From: the human T2T-CHM13v2.0 reference genome, Homo sapiens
Direction: 5' to 3' (one strand)
NCBI RefSeq assembly: GCF_009914755.1
Contig: NC_060928.1
DNA: 64,000 bases
The stretch's first letter is position 1. The number at the start of each line of letters is the position of its first letter. The notes beneath the pieces are model-generated. The model was not told the DNA's origin. It searched no databases and saw nothing but the letters and a program-made list of their open reading frames with translations. Positions 28,100-45,323 of this stretch are shown here, one piece after another. Made by a program: the position numbers and the translations under genes.

Positions 28100-28290
28100 T
28101 CCATTTTCTCATTTAATTCTCAGAACTACTACACAGAAATAGACATTTCTTCAATTATATAACTAAGGAAATCAAGGCTCAGTGAGACTTAGCACATTTA
28201 TCAAAAATCCCACAACTTGTAACCAGTGTCACCAGCATTTAAACAGGACTTTCCACCCCTAGAGCTTTGTTTTTTTGGCCACTACACCAA
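28100..28290 (-). mobile_element. MIR
   Basis: ctcatttaattctcagaac...aaggaaatcaaggctcagtgag. Confidence 0.7.
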
Positions 28291-28414
28291 ATTAAATGTG
28301 GTAAAATATCAAGAAAGTTAAATTACATTAAAATATTTGTAAGATTATAAATATATCCATGCATTTAAGCAATAAGGACAGTCACTTTTTTCATTTAGAC
28401 ATTTGAATATTTAG

Positions 28415-28595
28415 AACAGAATTTTTCAAAATGTGCTCCATTAAATAGTAAGTGGGCATGCTATTAATACATTTGACAAGAAATCTTTTAAAATAGTCAA
28501 ATGAACCTGGGTTAGACAAATTTAAATCTAGTTATCTTATTGCAGGATTCGCTCTCAGATCGCAATGTGCATTTTGATTCTCTAGAAAGAGAAAG
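28415..28595. mobile_element. MER103-like hAT-Charlie relic
   Basis: gggttagacaaatttaaa..ttattgcaggatt..ctcag..aatgtgcattttgattctc; similar to 31235-31320. Confidence 0.55.
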
Positions 28596-28949
28596 GAAAT
28601 AATGACTGTTTACCAATGTTTATTGCCTGCTTATCACGTTTCAGGCATAAGCATTACTGTATTTAAGTTGAACAGGCTTATGAATTTAGTTTATTATTTT
28701 TATTTAACGGATAAAAGTAGATGATTATAAATGTGAAATAAATTGTCCGAGATCCAAAACTAGATTGAAACTTGTCTAACCCCAGACCCTCGCTATCTTA
28801 GCTGCTATGACATGTAATGTTGTTGTCTTTTCTATTGAGAGTTCTTTACAATTTTTTAAAATCTAGAATACATTTGGAATCACCAATTAAGATAGTTAAA
28901 CCATAGCCTTGAAACTCCTAACACATTATGTATAATTTATATTTTGTCA

Positions 28950-29085
28950 AAATCTGCTTCCCCCCACCCTCTGGTTTGTGGGCTTCTTGGAGGTGAAATT
29001 TATCATATTTGTACTCTCAGTTCCTAAGAAGAGTGTCTGATACATAATGGGTATTCAATAAATATTTGTTGAATAAATTAATTTG
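28950..29085 (+). mobile_element. L2 3' end
   Basis: gagtgtctgatacataatgggtattcaataaatatttgttgaataaat. Confidence 0.75.
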
Positions 29086-29429
29086 TCTGTAGATTGACTT
29101 TATTCTTCTTGAATTGTTAAATCTACATAGACAATGTTGTTGTTAATCCTCAGGGTCAACCCTTAGTGTTGGAAATGAGAAAGCAGGTAAAAGTAAAAGA
29201 AAATCACAGTGCTGTTATATCCAGAATACTGAGAATATATTTAGTAGGCTACAATGATTAGCGAACATGTAAACAGGGACTACAAAATAAAAAATATGCA
29301 TTGCCTTTCCTAACAATAACTTATTTCAAAATTATGCTTATGGTCAAAATAAATGAATCAATATTTATTACTTAGCAATGTGAGAAAGTGAGGAGGCCAT
29401 GATTAGCTTGAGGTTAATTATGGCAGGTT

Positions 29430-29610
29430 GGTATTCTGCCACTTCAAATTTACCTCTTTGGCAACTGTTCACAGTCCTGAGGCTTCACTTTACTGATTTC
29501 TAAATGGTTCTGTTACCTTTATTGCAGGATGTTGCAAAAATTAAATGAGATAAACTACCCAAGATAGTGTCTGGAACATAAGCATCAACAAATAAATAGT
29601 AATAATTATG
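29430..29610 (+). mobile_element. MIR fragment
   Basis: gcaggatgttgcaaaaattaaatgagataa...agtgtctggaacataag. Confidence 0.6.
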
Positions 29611-30284
29611 TTTTCTTCAGCTGACTTTAAAATCAATTCAGATCGTTGATTTTTGATGAACTAATTTACTTGTAAGGGAATTGGATCTCTGTAAATAGAT
29701 CTAGTCATAATCTGCTACATGAAGTTTACTTCTGAACCTGCCCATTTCTAAGAGGTTCATTTCTCATTTTTAAAACCTGCTGATGTTAGAAAGAAAAGTG
29801 GTTGCATTTTGAGACAGTACTATGGTACACTGACCATTCATCAAGACACTCACTAACTTCTCTAACAATCTAAAAATTGACTCCAGAAGTTTCCTTCATC
29901 TAGATATAAATTTAAGCATGTTGAGATGTATTAGATTGTCATATATGGGACAAAAGAGACTAGCAATTCTGCATAAACCAGATAAATGCTGGAATAAATC
30001 TGCTGCTATTTCTAATAGAGCATAGGCCTTTCTGACATGTCATTGCTAAATGTTCTACTTTACAAGATTGAAATTGTCCAAAGTCACTCACTATTCTAAA
30101 CAGGATCAATACTAAAACGGATTTACTACTCAGCTCAGTGCATAAATCTGCTGTGATTAAATCTAGTTCTAGAGAATACTAACACTGGAAATTTTCCTTT
30201 TGTTCTTCAGAGGAAATAATGAAATGCATTCATTTTAAGGGTGACAGAAAATAATTTGTTTTTTCATCATGACTATCAATGTTA

Positions 30285-30480
30285 TTCACTCATTTATTTA
30301 TTCATTGATTCATTGCTCAAATATGCATTGAGTGTTCACTATGTACAAGTCACTTTGGGAGCTGCAAGTTTAGCTTATACATGAATTTTTCCCTTGGGGA
30401 GCTTACAATCTATCAGAAAAAGACAAATGTGAACATAAGTTAATTTTAGTGTTGAAACTGTTAGGTGTAATAAGTACATT
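30285..30480 (-). mobile_element. L2 3' end
   Basis: ttcattgattcattgctcaaatatgcattgagtgttcactatgt...ggagcttacaatcta. Confidence 0.7.
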
Positions 30481-31149
30481 AAGACAGAGTTTTAGAGAGA
30501 ACTCACATTTGGCTTAAAAATCATCAAAAACACATTATAGAAGTTTTCTACACTTGAATGGGGTCTTGAAGAATGCATATAATTTAAATGTGTAGATATG
30601 GAATAGAATCTACATATTTTACATTTTTCACTATACATCTTAAACTTCCACAATAGAATAAGCGATAGTAGACAGTCATCAAATATTGGCATTAAATCAT
30701 TTAGCTAGATTTTTCTAGCAAAACACAATATGAATGTCAACTGCAAGACTGCTTTGCACCTTCCAAACATCTCAATCACTTCCTAGTGTAAATATTTTGA
30801 GAGATGAGAATTTTCCCTGGTCTACAGGGAAACATTTTATGCATCTTCTGCCAAAGAGTAGCCTGCATACTCAGATTGGAGCGTTGTAACTATTTTTTTC
30901 TTGAGTTTATCTCTTGCTTATTAATATGGATGAATATTAAAATTTTAACGACTTCCATGTGGCATCTGGTTAGAGTATAAAAACATAATTATATGAGAAA
31001 GTATAATTAATATTTGTATATTTAGAAATAAGTGTATAAATAACCCATAGAGGCAGGAAATGCTATTTAAAGCATTTAAAACCTTTCCCATTAGTAAATA
31101 GTGTCTATGATGAAAACTATGAGAAATACTATCACCTGGGTAATTTTAA

Positions 31150-31390
31150 CACTTTGTATTCTGGAAAACTTTACTTCTGTAGGATACTAAGAGGTTTTAC
31201 TGCCTTTCTACAAAGATTATATTGTCAAGTAAGTGTGGGTTAAAACAAAGTTAACCAAGCTTCTTTATTGCAGGGTTTTGCTCTGGAGTCTTACATACGT
31301 TAAAGTGTAACATGAATTCCTCACATAATACCTAGAAAACAATATCTCACAAACTAAATTTAAATGAAACACCATTTTTAAGAAGGCCTT
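31150..31390. mobile_element. MER103-like hAT-Charlie relic
   Basis: tgggttaaaacaaagttaaccaagcttctttattgcaggg. Confidence 0.6.
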
Positions 31391-31554
31391 AGCTCATCAT
31401 TTTCACGTATTTGATTCCAATACTTGAAATAGATTATTCAACTAAAGATGAAACTTTAATGAATATTGGACATATTGATTTGTACATTTATTCAATTCAA
31501 TAAAGAAAAAAAGTGTCTTGAGTCCCTAGAAATAAGGGCCTATGTTAGAGAAGC

Positions 31555-31790
31555 AACAAAGCATAGTGCTAAGAACACAAGGTGTGGAGACAGTGTGTAT
31601 GTTCTGAGCCAACTGCTGATTAACAAGTTTCTTAAACACTCTGTGCCTTCTTGTTTTCTCATCAGTAATGGAGATGAGACTATAACAGAATCTACTCCAC
31701 AAAGTTGTTATGAGGACAAAATAATTGAATAAACAAATTTTTAAAGTAGTTCCAGCCACATAGTATTATACATGTATTAGCTAATATAAT
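31555..31790 (+). mobile_element. MIR
   Basis: aagtttcttaaacactctgtgcct..ttttctcatcagtaatggagat...gttgttatgagga. Confidence 0.7.
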
Positions 31791-32277
31791 AATCACCATT
31801 ATAAATATAAAGTAAAATTTTTCAAATATTACCTTTGGCTTCTCATAAGCTAAATATTGATTAAACATATGTGAAGTTGTAATCATGGTTTCATTATTTG
31901 ACAGCTGTATCTCTTTGAGTGAGTTATTTGAATTCTCTGTGCCGTAGTTTCCTAATCTGTTATTGGCTGGTGGGGAAGGTGATAATGATTGCATCATGTT
32001 GGTAACACTACCTCTGCTTTCCCCACTACCTCCCTTTAAAACACAAGCACATTTCTCAATGAAAGTGACACTTTAGTCCTTCCTGTTAGACACAGCCTTC
32101 AGAGAAATTTATGACAGCCTTGTCAAATCTGACAAATGCATAAGATTATTTCACGCTGAGTCTCAGAATCAAGATCATATGAATCCACACTAGAAGGACA
32201 AATATTTGAAATCTTTTTTTCTTGTGTTTTTCTAAATAGGAAAAATTAAACCAAGTCAAAAATTTTGACTGCTAGAC

Positions 32278-32759
32278 CATTTTTTAAATAACAACTTTAT
32301 TGAGCTATAATTGTCAGAACAACTAACTCCTTTGAAGTGTAAAAATCAAAGGATTTAAGTATATTCACAGAGTTCTGTAACCATCACCGCTATGTAATTG
32401 AGGACATTTTCATCACTCCAAAAGAAACCCCGTACCCATTAACAGTCACATGTTATTTCACCCTATCCCAGGCCCTGGCAACCACTCATCTATTAGAGAG
32501 ACAGACGTCTCTATGGATTTGCCTATTCTGGAAATGTTATATGAATGAAATGATAAAATATGTGTTCTTTGTGACTGGCTGTTACTTAGCACAGCATTTT
32601 CAGGCATCAATCATGTTGTAGTATACATCAATAATTCACTCCTTTTTCCTGCCAGATAATATTCCATTGCATGGATCTACTATATTGAGTTTATCTATCC
32701 ATGGGTATTTGAGTTGTTTTCACTTTTTGGCTACTATGAATAATTCTGCTATAAACATG

Positions 32760-32811
<52 letters not shown>

Positions 32812-33065
32812 TGTACAAATGTTTGTGTGAGTATATGTTTTCAGATCTCTTGGGTATATACCTGGCAGTGAGATGGCTGGTTATGTGGTAACTCTATGTT
32901 TATTATCTTGAGGACTACCAAGTTATTTTCCGATGTGGCTGTGCCATTTTACAATTCCACTGTCAATGCACGAAGGTTTCAATCTGGGTTTTCTCTACTT
33001 GTAATTGTCTATTTTCTATATTTTAGTCATCCTAATGGGTGTGAAGTGGTCTTTTATTGTACTTT
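32278..33065 (-). mobile_element. L1MB-type 3' end containing (TA)n at 32763-32806
   Basis: actttattgagctataatt...catcactccaaaagaaaccccgtacccatta...ttgcctattctgga. Confidence 0.88.
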
Positions 33066-33497
33066 CAGACCATTTTTACAGGATTGAAAATAGAAATGGA
33101 ATTTTTTGGGGAAGCAGTAATATCATCAAATAATGTAACTATAATATAGAATGAGAAGACGAAATAAACATCTTGTCAATCACAAGCCATGAATATATAT
33201 ATTGCTCTTTTGAAGCATGCTCAAGAATATATTCAGTTCCATGAAGACATATTGAAACCACAGATAACTAAAGAAAGCTCTGAAATGGTGCCATTTTCTT
33301 TTTATTTTAAAAACTAGAAAAACTATAGGTCTAGCTGGGCAAAAGTACATTTTTCAATACATTTGAAAATATGAACTGTTTAACAGACTTATAATTTTAC
33401 ATTGGCAATAGTTTTAAAAGCAATTACATCAAATATGTTTCCAAAAAATCTCTCATGTTTACAGTTAGAAAAATTGAATTAAAAAAATGTTTGTGTC

Positions 33498-33753
<256 letters not shown>

Positions 33754-33831
33754 GTCTGTGTCTGACTCAGCTTTAAGTTATCATTTCCTAACCAAAATGC
33801 TGTAATTTTTGCATGTTAAAAATAATTTTTC

Positions 33832-34119
<288 letters not shown>

Positions 34120-34177
34120 TATACATATATATATTTTCTTAGTTTGTATAGTGTACAGAATTTTATTTATCCATAAT

Positions 34178-34430
34178 TGTATTGGTTTCTTGTGGTTGCT
34201 GTAACAAACTACCACAAATTTGGTGGCTTAAAAAAACATTTATTCTCTTCAAGTTCTGAAGCTCAGAAGCTGAAATCAGTTTCATTAAATCAATAATCGG
34301 TGTGTCATTAGAGCCACATTCCCTCCAGAGACTTTAGAGAAGAATCTATTCCTTAGCTCCATCAGCATCTGGTGGCTGCCAGCATTTCTTGGCTTGTGGC
34401 CACATCTCTCTACTTCTGTGGCTGCATTTA
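34178..34430 (-). mobile_element. MLT1 (MLT1D-like) LTR fragment
   Basis: gctgtaacaaactaccacaaatttggtggcttaa...ctggtggctgccagcatttcttggcttgtggcc. Confidence 0.85.
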
Positions 34431-35161
34431 ACTATCTACAGATCTGCTGATTCAGATACATTATTTTATAGCTAGAGATAAAATTGTTGTTTTTTAAACC
34501 TAAGTGGTAATGATAAACCATTTCATATTTCTATGATACAGTTTTCTGTCTCAACAAACCTTTTGCTAGATCTTCAATAAATGTCTATAGAAGTTATTAT
34601 AAACCTTTATGAAAGAGTATACAAAACTATAGTCAGTGCTGATGACTTAAGCTTACTTGTAAATTAGTGCCCAATGGAGAGCCAGACATAGAAACAGGTA
34701 AGTAGACTACAATGTAACAAGCATTATAAGGAACACCTGGGTAATCTGAAAGTGGCTAAAATAAGCTTGAGTAGAAATTTTAGAAGCTGGCACCTGGCCT
34801 GACACTTTGTACACAGGCAGCAAATATTTAGTGAGTGAATAAATGGAAAATTCACACTTCAAGAAAGATTCTTGAAAATTTGTCTAAAAGGAATATGATT
34901 TTGCATCACTGATAAACTTCAGGCAGAATTATAAGAAAAAGAAAAATATTTGCAAGTTGACAATAGTTCCATTCAAATAGATGAAATAATTAGATATTTT
35001 ATTTCAATCAATTAAATAGCTTTATGCAACTAAGACACCTCAAGAGCCTTAACAATTATTTAGAGCCCAAAACAACTTTTGCTTTTACAGGTTATAGCTA
35101 CACATATTTACTGTATTAGAAATTAAAACTAAGAACTTTAAAAAATAGTCATTCGATTTTT

Positions 35162-36075
<914 letters not shown>

Positions 36076-37385
36076 GTACTTAAAAAGTACTTGTAGTGGC
36101 ACCTCTTCTACCAAGAAAAGACTTGTTTTAACATCCCCCAAAATCTATGTTGCTAGAGTAATGCCTATACTCCTAGAAGAAGCCACAGAAACTTGCAATC
36201 CATTCCAGATTAAAAAAAAATCTCCCACATACTAACAATTCAATAAATACAGTTGAATTCATGAAAATATGAAATTAACAGGAATGTCAAATTAGAATTC
36301 AGAAATGAGCTAGTAGACAAGGCAACTGACAAAATTGTGAAATTACATCTGATAAATCTAAAAACAGGAAAGAAAGAGAAAAGCTATTTCAGAAATAGCC
36401 AAAGAATTTTAAAAGTATGGCTTATATTCTTTTAGGTTTTGTTGTAGATAGGAACTTTGTAGGACAAGTTTTATTATAGCAGAATAATCCTTATTATCAC
36501 TCTGGATACCTTGTTGTCAAAAATTACTAAACATTTCCCACTGTACTGAAAATATTTTTATTTAAAATGGTTTAAATTGAAGGAAATACACATATTAGTG
36601 TCCAAAGAAATGTGTTAAAAATGGGAAAATTCATTTTGAGGATTCAAGGTAACTGAAACATAACTTGATATCTCATTTCTCACTCTACTAATTCCCTGCA
36701 TAGCCCATAGCTCTGTAAGGAATTCCTCTGAAATCTGAACGTTTAGCTGTCAGTGCTATTTTACTTCTCCAGGGAAGTTTTCAGGGAAAAAAAATCTTCA
36801 TAAGTTAGTGTTTTGCTTGGTATGTATTCAAATATTTGGGGCACAAAATTGTTGAACATGTGCAGGAAAAGGAAACTAGATTTTTTTCTTTATTAGAGAG
36901 TTGTTTCAGTACTTTGAAATGAATCATAACTTCATATCAAAATGTAAAATACAAAAACACGTTTAAAACATTATGTTTTATGATAACTTGCCATTTTAAA
37001 ATACCGTGTCCATTCTCAAATCAACTTAATAAGAATAGTTAAAAGCTGATATTAATAATCTGAGGGTTGATATAAATAAAGGCCATTAAAATCACCTACC
37101 ATTAAAGTCAATATTAGAAACCATATTGAATTTTACAACTGAGACCCAGATCTAAGTGCAAATTATTAAACTATAAAAAGTATCTCTGTTTGGTTTAGAG
37201 CTCAGTGGTCTTCCTTATATTATCTTAATTTAATCTACCTTCTCTGAATTATCAAAAGATTTGTATGTTTCCTCCCTCAATTTCTACAAGAAAAATTATT
37301 AACATGCCCATTACGGTATATATCAATATAATTTAAATTCAAATATAATACAAACTAAATATTGAGCATTAATATTTAGAGTGTT

Positions 37386-37748
<363 letters not shown>

Positions 37749-38670
37749 TTAAGACCCAATGATAGCTCAAATATCAAAAATACTAAATTAATATCTTCTA
37801 GTAAGAAACATACTTTTTATAATTGCTTAATATTATTCAGTTAGCATTATGAACAGGATCAATTTGGGATGATTGCAAATGCAAGAAGTAAAAGCCTAGA
37901 AAAAATATCTTTTTTTTTGGTAGAGGGGAGAGTGCTCCAAATATTATACATCAGAAAAGAGAAAACTAGGGTTCTTTGCAAAAGCTGTTACTTGAATGTT
38001 ATCTGTACTATTTCACATTTCTATATATCTTCTCCCAGTTAAATTTAATTTACTGAATGTTTTCCACAAATATTTCTTAGAAATGGAACTTTTACCATTA
38101 TAAATCTTCATCTCATAAAACGTGAAAGTGATAATAACAACATGACATTTCTTTCTTATGTGATGTAGATTGGATATTTTGTATGTTTACAATTAGCAGA
38201 ATGAGATATCCCAGAAATTGAAAATTAATTCCAAGTCAACATTAAAATTTAACCTCCTAAACATCCCTGTGGAAAATATGCTCAAGCATTCTTTTTGGAG
38301 GACATTGAAGATAGGGCTTAGTTTTACTTTAATCATGTTGGTCATAAAGAGTGTCTCATCAGCAAAATCTGGTTCAAAAGTACAGTTTTCTGCAAACAGC
38401 AATTTGCAGTTTATCAGTAAGAACGCTCAAGGTGACTTTCCCTGAAGAGCTTTTAGGAACATGAGAAAAGGCATGAGAATCTCAGCAAGAGCGTTTCAGC
38501 CTGATGTGTCCAATCCCTTGAAGCATATTGGAAACAATATATACAAATATTCATTCTGGCTATTGTCTTTTCACTCCTTTTCCCCTGAGACAACATGCCG
38601 TGTTATTCCTTATTCTCCGACTCTCCAGCCCATTTGTGAGACAACATATGATCATATAAAAATGTGTTCT

Positions 38671-39000
<330 letters not shown>

Positions 39001-39522
39001 AAATGTGCTCTATAGCTAACAGAAACACAATAATAACAAATTTTAAGACCAGTTTAAAGGACCATAATCTTAAGAATCTTAAAATTCTTAAACAAACAAA
39101 TAAGCTTTAATTTTATTCTAAAGTGCCATTGCTGCAGCTGATGACAATGCCTGGCACCCACTGAGAGTTTAAATGTACCAGGGACTTGGTTGCTTTTATC
39201 AAATTTTCTTACGTAATCCCTAACATACACAATAACAAAAGTTAAGTGCTCACCTTAATAAAAAAAAAATTAGGCTTAGAGTTTAAACTATGTGTGCAAG
39301 TTCTCACAATTGACAAAATATTCCAGTGCTTAAGAATTCATGCTAAACAAGCACAGTTTGTAATGGGCCAGCATGAATTCAGTGATCTAGATCATCATGA
39401 GGAATGAAAATGATGATATATTACAAAAATGACATAACTGTCTATGTTATGATGTAAAACAAGTTATAATAATCTTCGATAGATAATTAACAAAGCTACA
39501 GTCTACAAACTGGGATTTATTA

Positions 39523-40181
<659 letters not shown>

Positions 40182-41789
40182 TTAGAACACACTGCTAAGC
40201 AAAATATGGACAATTATTGCATTTATGGAATTTGCTGTATAGAGAAGTCTTCAGTCCGGTGTAAACTGTAATTAGAAAGAATTTAAAAACAGATTATCTG
40301 TGGATTAGTAGAAAAGGCAAGTTTAAATATTCTCCAACGTGTTACTTTCCTGGAGCCATGTGCATTTGTATGCATGGCTATTACTGATCATTAACTGCCC
40401 AAGTTCAGTGAAGTCCTTGTGATTGAAGGGCCAGTTTTTCCATTTATATATCATGAGGGTCAATTCGTTCCTTACTCAGCAACTACCTGCCTTTAGGCAG
40501 TTTTCATGATAATGTTTACCTACAACAGAAAAGAAATTGAAAGTCAATTGTCTTCTTTTTTGACAGTTCCTATGACACACTGATGGAAAAGAGAATTAAG
40601 TATATTACTTGAAAGAGTTTGAGAATTTTTAACTTTTTATACATTGCACTTATCCACATTATCCCTGTTTTTCTTGCCACCTTTAAGAAACCATTGGATA
40701 AAGAGAAGGGGCATTCCCTATTCAAGAGAAAAGACAGTCTGTCCAATTCTGTGTACTCAAAAGGTCATCAAGTGAAAATTAAGATCTAATTCCTAGCTGT
40801 ATAAGCTACTCGGAAAAAAAAGGAGTGCTCAGAAGAATGTCAATTGGTATAACCTGGCCAATCTTGTATCACCACCTCCCCGCAAAAAAAACCCTGTGTA
40901 TTATGCTCATTCAACAAAATTATGTTCACAGGGACTAATGGGTACTTAGTAGGCACCCAGAAGGCTGTGGTAAAACCAAATCCACATTTGCGTGAAATAT
41001 TACATTTATAGTTACGACATAACAAGTGAAAAAAAAAAAACAAATGAGACACAGGTGTCAGAATTTCTGTGACTCTTGCTGATTGTGTCATATTGACATG
41101 GGTTAGTGCTTAGCATTGTGCTGGTGATAAACATAGTTTATACACTTTCCTATATTTAACTTGCAATTTCTTCTGTAATAGCTATAATTTTGAGTACATC
41201 GCGCGCTATTCAAGTGACAAGAGGATTGTGAGTAGAAGCCTCCACTTTTCTAAAATGATGCCAGATTTTTTTTTAACCTTTACAGTTTTCAAGTGTTTAG
41301 GAGCACACAGTGTTTATAAACCCACTGAAATAAGTTAAATGCCTTAATTGCTTCTGATAACACTGCTAATCTGAAGCACCCACCAAGTCTGCTACAGGTA
41401 TGCTTTCCACCATAGTTTCCTCAGCAACAATACAAAACTCTACAAGGTCCTGAGGATTAGAATGTGATAGAATCTTTGAAAAAAAGAGTCTGAAGCCAGT
41501 AAAATCTAAACGTTTTCCAGCAAAACTTTATGGATATATTTAGGGACAAAAAGAAGACTTTCTCATGAATCTTTTCAATAGAATAATAGTATTCTCTTTC
41601 GATTTCTAAACCAACAACCTACATCTCAAAGTAGATGTTCCACTGATGTCAGCAAAATTTGGCATTTATGAGGATATTCATAATGTCTATTCAATTTTTC
41701 AACATAAACAATTTGCTTTTTGTACATTTAATTCTACTAACATTATATGGTAAAATTACAGCAAATGGAAATTTCTTTTGCTCCTAGAA

Positions 41790-42240
41790 GGCATTCTTGA
41801 TTCCTCTATTTCTCACATACTGTACAATCAATTTATCAAATCCTGTCTAGTCTACCTTTAAATGGTATCTCTAATCTACCTCCTCTCATCATTCCCCCCG
41901 AACCCCTAGTCTAAGCCACCATTATCATACCAAGATACTTGGGTAACTTCATTGCCATCTTTTCATTCTTGCCCTGCTCTTACTCTTATTAATAAGGAGG
42001 GTGATTTTATAAAAATAAATCACATTATGCACACCTGCTTAAAGTCTTTACTTTTTATCCATATACCTAGAATAAATACAAGCTTTTAAGATACAAAAAA
42101 AAATCCCTACACGATGTCACTCTAGCTTTCTGTAAAAAAACTAAACTTCTATTATCTGATAGTCTTCGAACTCATATTCCAAACAACTAGCCTTCTGAAA
42201 CGTCTTAGAACAATCAATCAACCCCAGTTTCATCTCTTAT
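41790..42240 (+). mobile_element. L2 fragment
   Basis: cattcttgattcctctatttctcac...aaatcctgtc..tctacctt...ctagtctaagccaccattat. Confidence 0.7.
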
Positions 42241-42269
42241 AGAATTGACCTATTTATCATCATATAGTG

Positions 42270-42470
42270 GCCCTCCTTGTCTTTCTTTTTTACAGTTTGT
42301 AATTTGTAGTACATTTTGTCTCACATGCATATATCTACTCCCTGTCCTCTTTTGGATTTTGGTTTCTGGTTGGAGGGTCTATCCCTTCCCACCCCTTCAC
42401 TTTCCGTCTATGTGTGTCTTTATAGGTGAAGTGGGTTTCTTGAAGGTAATGACATTCAGCCACTCTATGT
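42270..42470 (-). mobile_element. L1M ORF2 (endonuclease region) fragment
   Basis: cccttcactttccgtctatgtgtgtctttataggtgaagtgggtttctt. Confidence 0.75.
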
Positions 42471-45323
42471 CCTTTCAAGGTATAAAACCCACTGGTAAAA
42501 TTAAGAACCTCCATTCTTGAGCCTTTGAATACCCCAGCAAACAGGTTAACTCTCAGATATCTAGAACACTTTTCTCATTAATAATTTTGGACCAATGAGG
42601 CTAAAGATTTATAACCTACTATGAAAAGAAAATCGTGTACTTTTCATAAAAAGTGCATAACTTGCATCATATTGGCAGTTCTTCTGTGAAATCTGATCAT
42701 TTGCTGTAGAGAAGAACTGCTGATCACATAAAAGTTAATAATGTCCACTGATATATAGAAATTATATTTTATTTCACAGAAAGTTTGAGTTTTTGTTTTT
42801 ACCTTTCTAATTAACCTCTTCACTAATTGACAGTACACATGCAAGAACAGATCTATATTTCTAACATAATATTAAATATCTTTCCTGATATATGTTGGAC
42901 ATCAAATTATGAGTTTTTAATTTATCATTCACACTAATAATTTTAAAATTATAGAATAGAATAAAAACTACTGATTTTATTGTGAAACATTCTGTTTGTA
43001 GTTTTACACATTATGAGTATCTGAAATATATCCAAAAGAATAATGTCCACAACTTCATAAAACTATAAGCCTAGTTTTAAAATACCTTTATAAATAAGTA
43101 TAAGATATATTTCTGTGCATGATATATTGTATTGATATACCTTTTTTTTCTGGAAGACACTTTTAAAATATTGTTTTAGAATTTGAATCTACTGCCCACA
43201 ATATAAAATTACAAGTGAATCATTAAAAACTACACATCCCAAATGACAACACAAGGGTGTTTCATCATGTTATATATGTCTACTTTACAAATGAGAGGTC
43301 TTTGGGGAAATTTATTGTCAGATTTTTTTATGGAAGACTCTTCTGGGCTATTTCACTCTCTGCAATAAAGTAAATTAAGATACTAATTAGCTGTGCAAAG
43401 CCCATGTGATGATGTGACTGCACAGAGGTAACAGACTACAGTCTTTTGACATGGTTCTTCAGTTTTTGAATGAAATAAGTCAATAATCATTTCTCTTTAT
43501 TTAAATGCAGCTTCAAAATTAGCTATGTTTGTTCTTTAAATAAAAATTAGTTTAAAACTAAACCCAAGGCTTCAGCAAGGTCTATTTGTATCCTTGACCA
43601 GTGAGCAATCAACATGCCAGCCAGTGGTGAGGAGGTCAAAAGCAAAGAGTATTTCTGGGAAATATCTGTCTGCCATTAATGTGAAAGCAACTTTGCTTTT
43701 GCCAATAAATAAATAAAATCAATTTTCTACCATGTCTGCCACTGGTATGGATGGAGTCACTGCATCCATTTAGTCCATCAACTGCTTATCTCACAGGAAT
43801 ACTGAGCTTAATGCTTTTGTTCAAAAGAAAACAAGAAATGAAAGCACAGCTACTGCTTAAAAAGTCTGAAGTTTAAAAATCCTGAATCTAGCCCTAAGCA
43901 GAACTGATAAGGAAACTCTTCAATTAGAAATATTTCTCATTGATTTAATTATTATACGTAAGTCTTTCTGAAAGTTTGGAAAGTCCAGCTTCTCCTTCCA
44001 ATAGGGTGAATCAAACTTCTCCAAATTTGTTTTCAAAATTCATGGAATATACATCACTTAATTTGGTGCTGCTTTAGTAATTGCTTTGTTATATCAACTC
44101 AATGCTTATTCAAGTTAGGATAAAAGTGAATACATTTTATTTCTGCTTTTTTATATTTTGAGGACATCATGCCACACAAACAATAATAATTTTTTCAATC
44201 TAATTGACTTTTTAAACAAAAGACAAAACCAGAGCTAACCTGTTTTACTCAATTCTTTACACACGTGTTCTTATTTTGTCTTTTTATTAGTTGAGTAAGA
44301 ATATAAGTAAATCTGAAGAGATTTGGCCTAAAGAACTCTCACCTGTATTTCTGAGTTGCTTTGCTTCACTTATGCTTTAGTAGCTTTACAATAAACAAAA
44401 ATCCAGTCATAATAGATGGAGCAAATAGGGAATTCACTAGAAAGCTCAGGAAGGGTAAGAAGAAGGAATGAAGCATCATTGGAAATCAGGATAACTTTGC
44501 CTTTTATTATTGTCATTTGTGTGCTATATGATAATTTTTTTTTCAGTTTCTTTCTATTTTCCTATTTTCTTTTTCTAATTGAGCTGAAATTTACCCATAA
44601 TTCCCCCTCAAAATATTCTCAACACCTAAGTCTTCTTGCTGAAAGTTCAGTTATCACATGGAATTAGCTCCATGTCCTACTTATAAATTTCCAGAAAGAA
44701 TGTCTAATTGTCTTACTCAAAACTCAGGATCTTCCAGGGGGCAAAGGAATACCCCTGTCAATTGTCACCTCTCATTCAGTTAGCGGTGACTATGGTGTCA
44801 ACTTGAGATATCAAAAGTGTTGACTAGAATTTTCAATGCAGATATTTATTAAATACTCTATATAGTACTGTGCAATATGTTACAGGAGATATAACGTATA
44901 AAAGGTGAACCCATCCAATAAGAATCTTACTATTAGAGGGTGAGTTTAAAAATATATATATTGCATATAAAAATGGTAATACACAGTAGTATTTATGACA
45001 AGATTTTGTCAGTATTTCACTTTATAATAATAAATATTTGGCTATGATATTAAAATCATCTCTTTTGGGGGGAAAGTAAACAATGAAAGAACTTTTATTA
45101 GAAATATGAGATTGCATCTCATATACTAGTTTAAATTTTTTGTCGACCTTGCTTTATGACATGGTGTAGGCACTGGATTTCCTTAAAATTCCAAGTCTGT
45201 TACTTTACCGAGAGAATGCATTCCTACCAAAATTTAATGAATGCTGCTGATATGTATGCTTAGATGGAAATATTATGTCAGACTTGCAAAAAGAATTTAA
45301 TTCTCAAATTAATCAGACAGCTG

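Noticed and set aside
45104-45124. 9-bp stem hairpin (similar ones at ~24479 and ~55564)
   Set aside because: Short AT-rich stems are expected by chance in 64 kb.
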